NCBI GenBank assembly: GCA_001600815.1
Contig: BCKZ01000019.1
Span: 62,001 to 126,000 of the forward strand
Source: Alloascoidea hylecoeti
Lineage: Eukaryota
Direction: 5' to 3'
Length of the DNA stretch: 64,000 nt
Shown here one piece after another: positions 44,845-56,878 of this stretch (positions are counted from its first letter, which is position 1; each line of letters begins with the position of its first letter). The notes under the pieces are model-generated. The model was not told the origin of the DNA. It saw nothing but the letters and a program-made list of their open reading frames with translations, and did not search any database. A program made the position numbers and the translations under genes.

Positions 44845-45038
44845 AGATTTGATGATAATATATCTTTTGCGCTCGATCAATATTTCCATAGTTCTGAAGT
44901 TAGGTCACTGAGAATCGTGTTAAAACAAAAAGTAATCGTCTTTGGGGACCAGATCCCGGAAGTCACTATAATCTAGAATACATTGATTGCTTAAACATTG
45001 TATTTTATTACTTGATATACATTTTATTATCTGAGACT
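44845..45038 (+). ncRNA. Candidate long (~186 nt) orphan box C/D snoRNA
   Basis: TTGATGA 44849, CTGA 45031 (internal CTGA at 44894 and 44908), perfect 11-bp flanking stem ATAACTAAATA/TATTTAGTTAT (44835-44845/45059-45069), internal GC hairpin ~44938-44964. No rRNA target recognised. Confidence 0.5.
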
Positions 45039-45187
45039 GTTAAATTTACTACCGGTATTATTTAGTTATTCCTTTCCATCCATTTCTTTTGATTACTCAT
45101 CATCGCACAGATACTGACTAAGTATATGTATTGTTAAATCTGAGAATGAAGGCAAAAACCTTTAAACTCCCCATAAATTTGTGAATC

Positions 45188-45529
45188 ATGTCCCGTTTGG
45201 CACAATCTGAAGACGAGGTAAGATACTTTATTATCAAATGTAAATGTGATGGTTACTAACATTCATATAACCAGCACAATATTAGACTTGAAGCTCTTGC
45301 TTCTAAACTTCAAACACTACGATCGGTGACAAATGATATCCATACACAAGCACAGGACACCTCAGTGTTAGATAGTCTAACGAACTCTATGTCAAATTTA
45401 TTTACGTCCTTGAAAAGGTCATCCACTCATTTAACTCGTTCGGTTTCAGCTGGGCATCCGATCATGAGGACAGTTGGACTAGCGCTGTTATTAGTGTTCA
45501 TACTCTACTCACTTTGGATGTTTGTGTAA
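45188..45529 (+). CDS. SFT1: Golgi Qc-SNARE Sft1, 2 exons (45188-45217, 45275-45529)
   Basis: MSRLAQSEDE|HNIRLEALASKLQTLRSVTNDI..LTNSMSNLFTSLKRSSTHLTRSVSAG..MRTVGLALLLVFILYSL with a C-terminal TM helix. Intron GTAAGA..TACTAAC..CAG. Confidence 0.92.
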
Positions 45530-45717
45530 ACAACCCCACCACTTTTACTCTAGATACAATATGGGTTACGTTTATACTGAGATTAGATTTACTGCTTATA
45601 TTGATGATATTTTTAATACTCATCTATTGATCTTGCCTTACCATTGATATATCTGTAAGTTGTGGATTAGGGTGACAAAGAAAGAAGTGCTAACAAAGAG
45701 CAAAACATTATTTTGGT

Positions 45718-47006
45718 TCAATCTCCGTTTATACCACCAGCCTCTAAATGAATGATGATAAAAAGTTGTTAGTATAATTAATATAAATTTCTGTTTTTTC
45801 TCGATATTTGAAACTCAAAAGTATCAACATATCATAACAAAATCCGAACAAAACATACCTTGACCCAACTTGTAAGCACCCATGGCTTTACCCCAATTAA
45901 TTTTAGATCGCGTAATGGGTAATTGACGCCTTAGATTCTTAAAGGCGCTTTCATTCAAAACAATAAATGACTTATTAATCGTTTCTTCAAGTTTGTTCTC
46001 GCTAGTTTTGATAAATTTAACAACACCATCTAGTCCTCTTACATCACCACTATATTTCTTATTGGTCTTTAATCTTACATTACCATCTTCATAATAATGG
46101 ATATCTAGGCCTGCTTCACCATTAATAGATCCAGATGATGGATCATAAATATACGAAGATTTCCATTTTCCATTCCAGAAATTGGCAGGATTATATCTTT
46201 CATCAATGATAACAATGGCAATTGATCCATCACTTTGTGGAAAAACACCGTAAGCTGAATCAGAGGGAAAATGATCTAAGACATATGCCGAGATTGATTG
46301 GGTAAGTGTCGCACTTAATTATAAATATAAGTTAGTAATTAAAGGATTGTATTCTGTATAAGGAGTTAATAAAAATGCTTACACGTCACTACTAGTAGAC
46401 TCAAAATGTTCTTCAATTTCAGTAGGTTTCTATTGAAAGGCATTAACATTAGTAGAAATACAACCGAATACTACTATAAAACCTTCAATATATTCAAAAA
46501 GATTCTGGGCTATTACTTACACCTGTCTTAAAATCTACAGAAAAGATCTTCTCGGCTTCATAATCTATAAACTTGGATCCTTGTCTGTTGTATTTGGTCA
46601 AAATAGTCTTTTGTTATTTGTATAGTTAGTAACGGTTCATGCTTCTTCTTTTTTTTCATTTTACAATCAAAATTAATAAATAAATACCTTATTTGGATGC
46701 CCTGGAAGAGACACTGTGGCGAAAGTAACCACTGAGTAGTCCTCAATGGATTTCGATAAATCTGCGATTGGCCTATCAACAATGGATTTGACATCTTTTA
46801 AAATTAGTCATAGTTCCTCTCCCTCATTTTGCAAAATTGAATTAGAAAACGGATTATACCTTGAACAACAGCATCAAGCTAAATAAACAAACCAGTTAGC
46901 ATACATATAATAAAAGTATTAAGTGCTGAAATGTAAACATATATACCTCACCGGGTGGAGCATCTGAAATAAGCTTAGAGACGATTTTACCCACTGATTC
47001 ACTCAT
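45718..47006 (-). CDS. CAP1: F-actin capping protein alpha, 7 exons (47006-46947, 46878-46860, 46794-46688, 46607-46521, 46429-46383, 46313-45859, 45743-45718)
   Basis: LISDAPPGE|LDAVVQ|DVKSI, RYNPANFWNGKWKSSY, IHYYEDGNVRL, FKNLRRQLPITRSKINWG. Six GT-AG introns keep the frame. Missed by the ORF track. Confidence 0.95.
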
Positions 47007-47215
47007 TGCTTCGGTATATGGGGTAAGTGTATGGTATCGATATTGGATGAAAGATAAAAGTTGTCGTAATGATTAACTACTTCACTTCATCACGTGATCT
47101 ATAGTTTATCTTTCGATGGTTAATATATAATGATGATTTTATACGTTTATAGAAACAGTTTCAATTTGTAAGTTATACTACTTCATGCACTCTAACTTGC
47201 TATATATATAGTCCG

Positions 47216-48269
47216 TTACTCAGGAATCTCTAAATATTTCGTAGGTTCAAAGTCAATCAAAGAACCAAGGATTTCACCTTGATCTCCAATGATCTCCTTT
47301 TCTGTACCATTCAAGACAGATAGCGCTCTTTTATCTGGTACCCAAATAACATAAGAACCAGCTGCCCGTCCAGCTGTTACACCTGGGACACCATCTTCGA
47401 AAACAATACACTCCTCAGGCTTCAATTCTTCTTTCCCTTCTTCTACTCTTTCATCGTTAATACTTTTCAACGCTGCGAACCAAATATCTGGTTTGGGTTT
47501 ACCTCTTCCTTTAGGAACACGAGGATCGTCACCAACCACAATATGATGTCTAAATAACTCAAATCCATGTCCTAAATGGCCTGTTTTCAGATTAAAATTG
47601 TGACGATGAGAGGAAGTCGCCAGCGCAAATGGAACATCACTCTTATCGAGATATTGAAGAAGCTCAAGAGCGCCAGGCAAGAATTTTACATGTGGCCATT
47701 TCGTTTCCTGTAAATATAACAATTCAACATTAGGTTAAATTCTCGTCTTATTTTTTGAGTTTATATCTTAAATTATAAGATAAAAGATAATAAATACTGA
47801 CTTGTTTCTTAGTGCTAAGTGCAAATAACTCTTCGGGAGTATAAGGAAGATCATAAGCAGAAATAACTCCTTTGGATGCCTTTTAATTGAAAATAAGTGT
47901 GTTAATAATAAATATTAAAGGGGAAGAACGGACGAATATATAATTACTTCTGGACCTGGCTTTCCTTGAAGTGTAACCTTCACATCCCAAGTAAGGGGAC
48001 CTTTGTTGTTCTCAGCTAGAATTTCATCTGTAACTTCAGTATAAACATCTTCTGAATTGATAAGGAGACCATCCATATCTGGTTACTTCAAATTAGACTG
48101 GTGTACTTTAAATTGACGATAGCGCTTCTAAATAAAACATACCAAAAAGACAAGCTTTGTATTTCCTTGATATTGTGAAAAAGTCAATAAGAGTTGAATA
48201 AATTAGATACTAAAAATAAAAAGCGGTTTATCTCTTGAATATACTATCTTACTTCTTGTCTTGAGTCAT
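47216..48269 (-). CDS. HAD-family phosphatase (pseudouridine-5'-phosphatase/YKL033W-A-like), 5 exons (48269-48253, 48165-48143, 48078-47948, 47879-47802, 47707-47216)
   Basis: ACLF|DMDGLLINSEDVY, ALATSS, GRGKPKPDIW, ECIVFEDGVPGV. Four frame-preserving introns. Confidence 0.9.
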
Positions 48270-48393
48270 TTTTAAGTGGAGATCTTATATTCATCGATTT
48301 ACAAGCATATAAATATGTGTTTGATGTCATCACGTGTGGAGGTTATTTCATCATGCAGTACACGTACTCTTCCATTTCCGTATTAGGATTCAC

Positions 48394-48401
48394 CAGTCAC
48401 A
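48394..48401 (+). promoter_or_regulatory. Homol-D box CAGTCACA upstream of RPS8
   Basis: Exact match to the ancestral fungal RP-promoter element, ~115 bp upstream of the 5'UTR intron donor. Confidence 0.5.
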
Positions 48402-48514
48402 ATTAATAAAATTATTACACTACGTCAGCGTAAGTCTGAGAACAGTTATGTAAGGAATCCATCTGAATAAACATTTCTAAATCTAAACAGGTTTGCACCC
48501 AAATTGAAATTTAG

Positions 48515-48753
48515 GTATGTTTTGGATAACTCTACAATGATGACATGAGGATATTGGGTATTGCTGCTAATATGTTACTCTATTTCAACAAATAATAAAT
48601 AAGCAAAAAGATCAAATTTCCAGAAAGAAATTTTGATCAGAAATAAGAAGTACTTTTTTATACGAAATATACATGTTCAAACTCAACACTCGCTAATATC
48701 CTCATATGTCATTCGATTTTCTTATCAAACAAACCACTAACTTGTTTTGATAG
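48515..48753 (+). other. 5'UTR intron of RPS8 (239 nt)
   Basis: GTATGT donor 48515, branch CACTAAC 48735, TAG acceptor 48753, five nt before the ATG. S. cerevisiae RPS8A/B also have 5'UTR introns. Confidence 0.85.
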
Positions 48754-48758
48754 TAAAA

Positions 48759-49367
48759 ATGGGTATTTCTCGTGATTCACGTCACAAGCGTTCGCACACT
48801 GGTGCCAAACGTGCTCACTACAGAAAGAAGAGAAAGTTTGAATTAGGTCGTCAACCAGCAAACACTCGTATCGGTGCTAAGAGAATCCACACTGTCCGAA
48901 CTAGAGGTGGTAACACAAAGTTCCGTGCCTTAAGAATTGATACAGGTAATTTCTCTTGGGGATCTGAAGGTGTATCAAGAAAGACCAGAGTTGCTTCTGT
49001 AGTCTATCATCCATCCAACAATGAGTTGGTCAGAACAAATACTTTGACTAAATCTGCCATTGTTCAAATTGATGCTACTCCATTCAGAACCTACTATGAA
49101 ACTCAATATGGACATACTTTAGGTAAAAAGAAGGGTAAGGCCGCTGCTGAAGAAGAAAGTGCACCAAAGTCTAAGAAATTAGAAAGAAAATTGGCATCTA
49201 GACAAAAAGCTTCAAAGGTTGAACAAGCTTTAGAAGCCCAATTTGGTGCTGGTAGACTTTATGCTGCTATCTCTTCAAGACCAGGTCAGTCCGGTAGATG
49301 TGATGGTTACATTTTGGAAGGTGAAGAACTTGCTTTCTACGTCAGAAGACTAACAGCCAAGAAGTAA
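48759..49367 (+). CDS. RPS8: 40S ribosomal protein S8 (eS8)
   Basis: [42 protein letters not shown]. Confidence 0.98.
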   Translation: MGISRDSRHKRSHTGAKRAHYRKKRKFELGRQPANTRIGAKRIHTVRTRGGNTKFRALRIDTGNFSWGSEGVSRKTRVASVVYHPSNNELVRTNTLTKSAIVQIDATPFRTYYETQYGHTLGKKKGKAAAEEESAPKSKKLERKLASRQKASKVEQALEAQFGAGRLYAAISSRPGQSGRCDGYILEGEELAFYVRRLTAKK

Positions 49368-49998
49368 TTTATTCCTGTCATATAATATTATTTTTGATCT
49401 AATATATCATCATTATTCCATCCCCTATAGACATTAAATGTTACGTTACTATTACTCCAACTGTATTCTGTATTTTCTTCAGTCATCTGGACTTAGCACA
49501 TTTGTCGACTATCATTGTGTTTGAATAACTGATTATAACATTTTATTATAAGTCCTAAACGTGGTACTATCGTGTCATCCTTGTTAATCTTTATCTGTAT
49601 TCTTATATCAAAACATATATTTGATTCCCGCACAGTAAATCCTAAAGCTAACTACTCTAAACATTTATCTCAATCGCATACAATCGGTAAGTATATTATA
49701 ATTTATAACCAGAAAACTTGAAGTTGATATACATGTGTTAATTGGGTACAACATTGTATCAATATCATTGTTTGACCACTCTATTTAAATCTGGTTAAGA
49801 TCAGGCCCAACTCCACAGTATACGGTGAGGATTATCGCTTTGGCTAGATTCGGTCCATTAATGATGTGCATTATCAAACATTCGTGTACGTAAATATAAT
49901 GATTAATATTACTAAAAATTTGAACATATATATAAAGATATATTAAGAATATGAATACAAATTACAATTTTGATTTCTATATGACCATAGTATTAATA

Positions 49999-52900
49999 TT
50001 AAGCTGAATTCTTTGCTGCTTTTGCTGCTTCTCTCTCAGCAACGTATGTGGCTGCTTTTGCCTTCACATAATCAGTAGCCTTAATATCTTCATGTTTTTC
50101 CTCGTAAGTAAGCCATTTCTTAAACATAAATTTCGCCTGTTTCATAGATTGTTTAATAGCTATAACTCTTTCAAATAACTGTTCAATCTTATTCCTATCT
50201 CCAGATTTTATCTCATGGTCAATATATACATTCCAAATATCGAGACGTTTTGGTGACTCGCTGATAAGACCTTCGAATAATATTCTACCTCTCTCCGGAG
50301 AACCTTTATTAAATTCAAGTTGAGCAAATTTGCTAACGGCTGCCATGTGATCTCTCTTATCAAGAGATCTCAATGATCTTTGCACTATTTCAATACTTCT
50401 ATCGACATAACCTCTATCCAATAAGAAACTACCATAATTAATCCAAACAGAAATGATCTTAGAAAATTTCTTAATCATCTTTTGATAAAGTTCATCGGCT
50501 TTATCAAATCTCTCATTCTGTATAAAAATATTTGCCATCTTATTATAAACTGTTAAAGGATCCATTGATTGTGCAGCTCTCTTTAAAGCATCTTCCAAAG
50601 TTTCTTCTGTACCATATGTGTGCTCAAGATTGAGTAATGCAATGTATATATTCAGTTTCTCTTGTTCTTCTCTGTAACTGATGGTCTTTAAAGCTCTATC
50701 ACCAATTTCCCTCACCTTCTCAACATCGCCTAATTGAAGTCGAAAAGCCATATAATTCATCCAAAGGACAGAAGAGTTTGGATTACCGATCAGAAGTCTT
50801 TCAAAATCAGAAACGGACTGAGGGGCCTTAGTGTTAAGGTCCGCAGTTTTGTCTTCATTTAATTTGTGGGTTTTTCTTCTTTTCTTAGAACGTTCATCTC
50901 TGATTTCATCCTCATCTGAAGATGATTCACCATCATTTGTAGCCGCTTGATTAAGAATATCAGTTGTCCAGTCAAACCCCTTTGTGCTTAAGCTTGCAAT
51001 TTTGGTTGGTTCCCCTTCATCGTCACTAGATTCTGAGTCTGAATTTTCTTCATCTGCATCTTCATCTTCTGATATGTCATTGTTATCCATATCAACGTCA
51101 CCATCGCTTTCACTTTCACTTTCACTTTCACTTTCAGCCTCACTCCCACTTTCATTATCATGTTTATCTTCATCTCCAGTACTTTCGTCTTCATTCTCAA
51201 TTTCTTCCTCGTGGTTATCATCTTCCACAGCATCATCCATCTCTTCGTCTTCATCAGCTCCATTTGAAAAATAAGATGCTTTAAGACCAAGCGAAAATTG
51301 CTTCTTCTTGGGGTCAATTTTAAGAATCTTGACTTTAACTTTATCGCCTTCTCCAAAAAGAGATTTAATATCGGTAATTTCTTTATCTGCAATTTCCGAC
51401 TTATGGCATAGACCAGAAATATTATTAGTTCCATTAAGTTTAACAAAAACACCAAAATCGGTAACAGATCTAATGACACCATCCATAACTTCATTAACCT
51501 TCAAATCTTCAAAGCTCCTCAGTAGAGCTTGATTTCCATTGACAATGCTATCTTTTAGTGTAAGGTTGATTCTTTTTAGTTCAGCATTAACCTCTGTAAC
51601 TCTTCCTTTAACCAATTGATGAACTTTGAAGAAGTTTTTCCATTCCTTTAAGAAAGAGTCAGATAAGTCAGTGACTCTGACATAAGCAGATATATTATGA
51701 CCAATTGAAACAAAGAGACCTTTATCTATAATTTTCGTAACAAACCCTCTTATAACATCTCCCTTTTTAACATCAGAAATTGAGGAAATATATTTATCGT
51801 TTGGTTTCTTGGATGTTCTTAAAGACACGAATATATGGTTGTTCTCTTTCTCAATTTCTAACACCTTAGCCGCCACTAATTCCTGTACTTTAAAGGTTTC
51901 GCTTAATGTCTTGCTATAATCGTCTAAAGCATCTATAATATGACAACTGGCATTAGTTTTCTCACCGAGTTGTACCTTAAGATTCATTTCAGAAATTTTG
52001 AAGATATTTGCTGGGATCAAGGAACCTACTTTGACGTCATCAATTGATTCGATTTCATTTCCTTCAACTGCTCTTCCTGAAAGCTTAACTGAGTTATATT
52101 TTGTGTTAACTTCTTTGACAGTACATCTAATAGCAGAGCCAACGGGATAGTGAGCAAGTACATTGTGAAGTTTAGTTACATCACTTGTTAGATCTAAGAG
52201 ACTTATTCGGCCTTTAACTGTGGGCGTTATATTGGCCCATATGTAACCATTTGCTTCATTCTTGATAAAGCAAGTCCAAATTGTTCCAACCTTTGTATCA
52301 TCAAGAGTTAAAATATTATGCTCTTCAGGTGTTTCTATGTCTGATTTCTTGGCAGAAAGTTCAATAAGCATCTGTTTAGTTGATTTATGTGTGATCGGAA
52401 GGAAGGTATTATTACGAGAATCGTGATAGCCAATAACTTTAACAGGTAAAATATCACCTTTCTTAAATTGTTTCAATGGACTTCTTTTGTCAATAATATC
52501 ATCCCAATTATCAAAAACTTGAGAAACATCAATGATTCCTTGTTGGTTATCAGCCAAAACAACATTAAGATGATTAGCTTTAATACTATGAACTTTAGCT
52601 TTGGTAACTTTTCCGGGGAGATATTCAGCAAGTGATGAAATTGTATCATCGACAGGATTTTTAACGGGCACTCCACCTTCTGTGTTCTTTGATTTCTTTG
52701 ATTTTGTTGATGTTAAAGAAAGTAAGAATTTCTTTTTACTATTGTCTGTATTGACGACTCTACATGAAACAGATTGGTTTTCATAGAACAGGCTTTGTGG
52801 ATTTTCAACCTTTGTATCTGTCAATAAACTTGGTGGTGCAAGTCCAGTTAATCCGGCGCCAAAACTAATAAACAAACCATTAGCAGTTTTGCTTTTAACG

Positions 52901-55345
52901 AATCCATGTAATTTTTTATCGACGATAATATCTTCAAATATGGTTGGGAGTTTTCCTCTTTTGGCGTCTGCTATGAGAGATTCTTTTTGGGTAAGAGAGG
53001 TAATTCTTGATTTGTTCTTATCCAAAACTAATAATGATTCAAGTGTAGAACCAACTTTCAATCTATTTTGAATAGCTTTATTCTGCTCAATATTTCCATC
53101 TGAAAGATGACCAGTAAATATGATTGCTCTTAAATTACCCTTCTTTAATTCTACAACAATGCTATACTTGGATTTTTCAACGATAGAAGCAGATACTATA
53201 GATTTTCCAGGTATTAGAGAATCTAATGCATCCTTTTGAGTATTTGAAAGTTCTTCTGATCTACAACTAACGATAATTGATTTCTTTTCTGCATCAACTT
53301 CAATAACCCGAACAATAATAGTTTGATTCAATCTAAAATGATCTTTGGGATCTTTAATAAATGAATCACTAACTTCTGAGATAGGTAAAAATCCTAATGT
53401 GGAGGAAAAGAACGAAACGAGCACACCTTTGTTGCCCTTGAAAACAGAAATTGTTGCAGGTGTTCTCATACCTACTTTAGCATCTTCAAATTTAGTAATT
53501 ATTTCATCCTCTGCGTTTACTAATGTCCTTTTCAGGGTTAACAATATGCGATTGGATTCTGGAGTAACTTTCAGAACTCGGCCTTTTACTTTGGATCCTA
53601 CTCTGAATTTTCTTTCCGGGTTAATCAGTTTAATATCACTCATTTCACATTCAGGAACAAGGGCAACAAATTCATCAAAAATTTTAACCAATAAACCGCC
53701 GGTTGTTAATAACTTTGTAACTTCCCCTGTAATCAACTCACCGACTGGTATATCGGCAATTCTTAAATATTTCTTATTTAAGATCTTCTTTTCCATTGAC
53801 AAAGTGAATAGATTATCAACAAACGAGTAACTCAAAATTCTAGCAGCATGAGAGGTTCCGATTTTGTACTTGCCGTCCGTCGCTAACAAAACATCAGGTT
53901 TCTTATCTGCTATCCTAGAAATATGGACAAAGCCAATTGTCTTTACACCAATATCCAAAAACAATCCAAGTTGTGAATCTACTGATTTAACAACAGCATT
54001 GTCTATAGTAAAGCCAACAGGAAGTGCCTCGGATGGATTTGTTGTGCCTTCATCCCAAGATTTTCCTAGCGAAACCACATGTGGAAGTAAAGAGAGTGCT
54101 ACTTTCTTTGTTTCAGATAAAGGAAAATTGGCAATAATTCTTGCTTTTATCTTTTGACCCACCTTAAACTTACTGGAAAGATCTTCTTCATTGAGACATC
54201 CCAATTGGAATAAATCGATAGTACCATCCACCAGACCAAAAATTTTTGTAACTAATCCCTTGGATCTAACCTCTGTGATTAAAGCCTCAACTAATAAACC
54301 TGGAATGACAGATTCTACAGAAGAAATTGTACTTAATAATTTAGCCTTTTTTGAAGTATGCAAGACAGTAGCTGTAACAGTTCTACCATTTGATGGTTTA
54401 GAAATAACGGTAACCAGTAAAGGTTGCCCTACAATTAGAGAATCAAAATCAAAATTTGCTAAAGTTAATTCCTTTTTAGATATAAAAGAAGTTATACCTT
54501 CGAAACCTGTATCTAGAATAGCACCATGGTCTTCTAAACTTTGAATGGATGTCTGTAATAATGTGCCTGGCGCCATTTCATTATCTTCAATTGTTCCATT
54601 AACTTTTGAAGGTTCGATAGAAAGCTCTATACGCTTTTTCATCTTCTTACTCTCTTTTTGCTCCCTTTCTGTGGAAACGATTACCGCTCTTACCCATTGT
54701 CCAATTGAGAACAAAGATGAGAGCTCTGGAAGTTCAAGTTCGTTTTCTTCACTTTTATCATCTTCATCTTCTGATTCCTCAAGTTTCATGATATTTTTTG
54801 TTATTTGTTCACTAATGCTAGTAATTGGGAGATAACCAATTAAGTTGTTAGCTAGCGATATTGAAACATCGGATGCATTGATTTGTGCAACTTGACCAAT
54901 AACATATGTATCTGGAGCGAGAAGTTTAAATGATAGACCTCTTATTTGGACTTTCTTTTCATTTGTTTCTTTAGCTACTTTAGGACTCTTCTTTGATTTT
55001 GATTTTACCTTCTTTTTAGGTGGTTGAAGAGTTGGATCTGTGGATTCGCTTTTTTTCGAGGACTAAAATCAGTTAGAGAAACTTCAATGAAGGGAAACAA
55101 CTTAATTTAAAAAAGATAAGACTTACTTCAAATAAAACATCTCTAGTTGCTTCATTTCCAGCTTCTTTAACTTCTAAAGCTGTTAAAATAGAAGCACCAC
55201 CTCTGGGAAATGCTAAATCGCTACTTTTGGTTATAAGAGCAATAGGCTTAGCTGGAGCATCAGTTTTTTTATCTTCTTGAACATTCAAAGTTTTGGTTAA
55301 AGAAATTTCGGACTTTGAGTCGAGTCTCTTTCTTTTAACTCCCAT
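49999..55345 (-). CDS. RRP5: rRNA biogenesis protein Rrp5, 2 exons (55345-55127, 55062-49999)
   Basis: FPRGGASILTALEVK..DVLFE|, multiple S1 domains, C-terminal TPR/HAT region PQSVSDFERLLIGNPNSSVLWMNYMAF. 64-nt intron GTAAGT..CTCTAAC..TAG. Confidence 0.97.
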
Positions 55346-56729
55346 TGTTATAGGTTATAAATGATATTGTAGTGGATATAAAAATATTCAGCGATGCTCA
55401 AATTTTTTTCTTGCAGGAATAATTGAAAATTAAAAAAACTTTATTTGGTCACGTGTAACCGGCAAGAGATTAAATTTAAATTTAACTACAAGTTATTATA
55501 ATCAATATAACACTAACACCTTTTTAGGTGAAAAATAATAATACATTTATTGCATATACTAGATAAGAATTTGTAAATGATAAATCTTGTTTAGGAAGTA
55601 TGATGGTTCTTTCCACTAGTCCTATTTAAAAATATGAATACTGTTCAGACCACAATAATGATCTGAAAGATGGAAAACTCTTAACTATGGGAGACTGGGG
55701 TGTATGGTGGTCAGGCAAAATTGTAAAACTGGGATTCGTCAGGAACTTCCTTAAATGTATTTAAGAGGGATAATAATTTTTGTGCTAGCAAATCTCGGTG
55801 GGGCGAATACTTGATATGGATTTTTACTTTTGTGATTTGATTACTAGTAATTAAGCCTTATAATTATAACTGTAATATTGAATATTCATATCTAGCTTTA
55901 TATCTTAGATGTGAAGTATTGGTACGCAACGAAACTTCACCAAGATGATTTGCAAAGGGCCACTTCACCATGTAGCCGGCTTCATAAGTGCTAACTTTAA
56001 AATGATTTAAATTTTCTCACCAGTCTTAACTATAACTCTTTGAAACTGTTGAAGCTGAAATTATATCTGTAGATGTTAATTTATATTATGGGAGATTGTC
56101 ACCACACTTTATAAGACACAATGATTTAGCCGACGTCCTCCATATCCGAAAGAAATAAACACTCTAGCTAAATTTATCTATACCAAAAGGTTAACTATAA
56201 CTATGACACATTTAGTCTGAATACTAAATTTCAACCCTATAGCTAGATCTATAATAAAATTTGATATGTTATATGTAAAAGGCATCTAAAGTGTTTAATC
56301 ATAGGTACAATAAAACTATTTATGGATATATGTAATTATAGGGTGCTTGTAATGAAAATTTTCAATATCCGATTTAATTTTTGAAAAGAAATTACCAACC
56401 CGCTAACTATAAAAATGCAAATCCGTCCTTTTTTGTTTTCTTTTCTTCAAATTCTCTGTACAGTTTGTTACTAATATTTAGAGTCTGTAAGTATAAAAGA
56501 GCGAAACATATTGTCGAATTCATAAGCACCGAAAAACTGTTTCGTCCTTCAATAGCAAAAATTTTTTTTTCGTTATTATTTTAAAATTAATTAAGCTTAT
56601 CTCTTATCTATTCATATCCAAATCAGTATCTATATTTAAATAATCATTAATCACCTACACTTATTATATCCACCATTTCAGTACTTTCGTTCTTTGGTTT
56701 GTTATCAATCATTTCAATAGCATTTGTTA

Positions 56730-56744
56730 ATGCTTCCTTTTTGA
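56730..56744 (+). promoter_or_regulatory. uORF MLPF* in the HOL1 leader
   Basis: ATG CTT CCT TTT TGA is the only ATG between the TATAAAAG at 56492 and the HOL1 start. Confidence 0.55.
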
Positions 56745-56878
56745 GAGAAAAACCTCCTTAGCATCTATTGATAGTTAAATTAATTCACTTTTGTTTCAAT
56801 ACCTTGTTGAATCTTTGAAATTAAGCCAACAAATAAAAAAGAAGCATCTCGCAATTGTTATTTCTCCAAGAATACAAA

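Noticed and set aside
49722..49885. Two hairpins with an ATATCA H-like box downstream of RPS8, read as an H/ACA snoRNA
   Set aside because: The stems rely heavily on G-U and A-U pairs, the ACA is far from the second hairpin, and no target is evident.
50984..54835. Numerous short ORFs overlapping RRP5 (and likewise IFH1, ENG1, kinesin)
   Set aside because: Shadow frames of long genes with biased codon usage.
56467..56681. TACTAAT..TAG-AGTCT-GTAAGT as a 5-nt microexon and HOL1 leader intron
   Set aside because: The donor overlaps a good TATA box and the downstream branch site is poor; probably upstream of the TSS.
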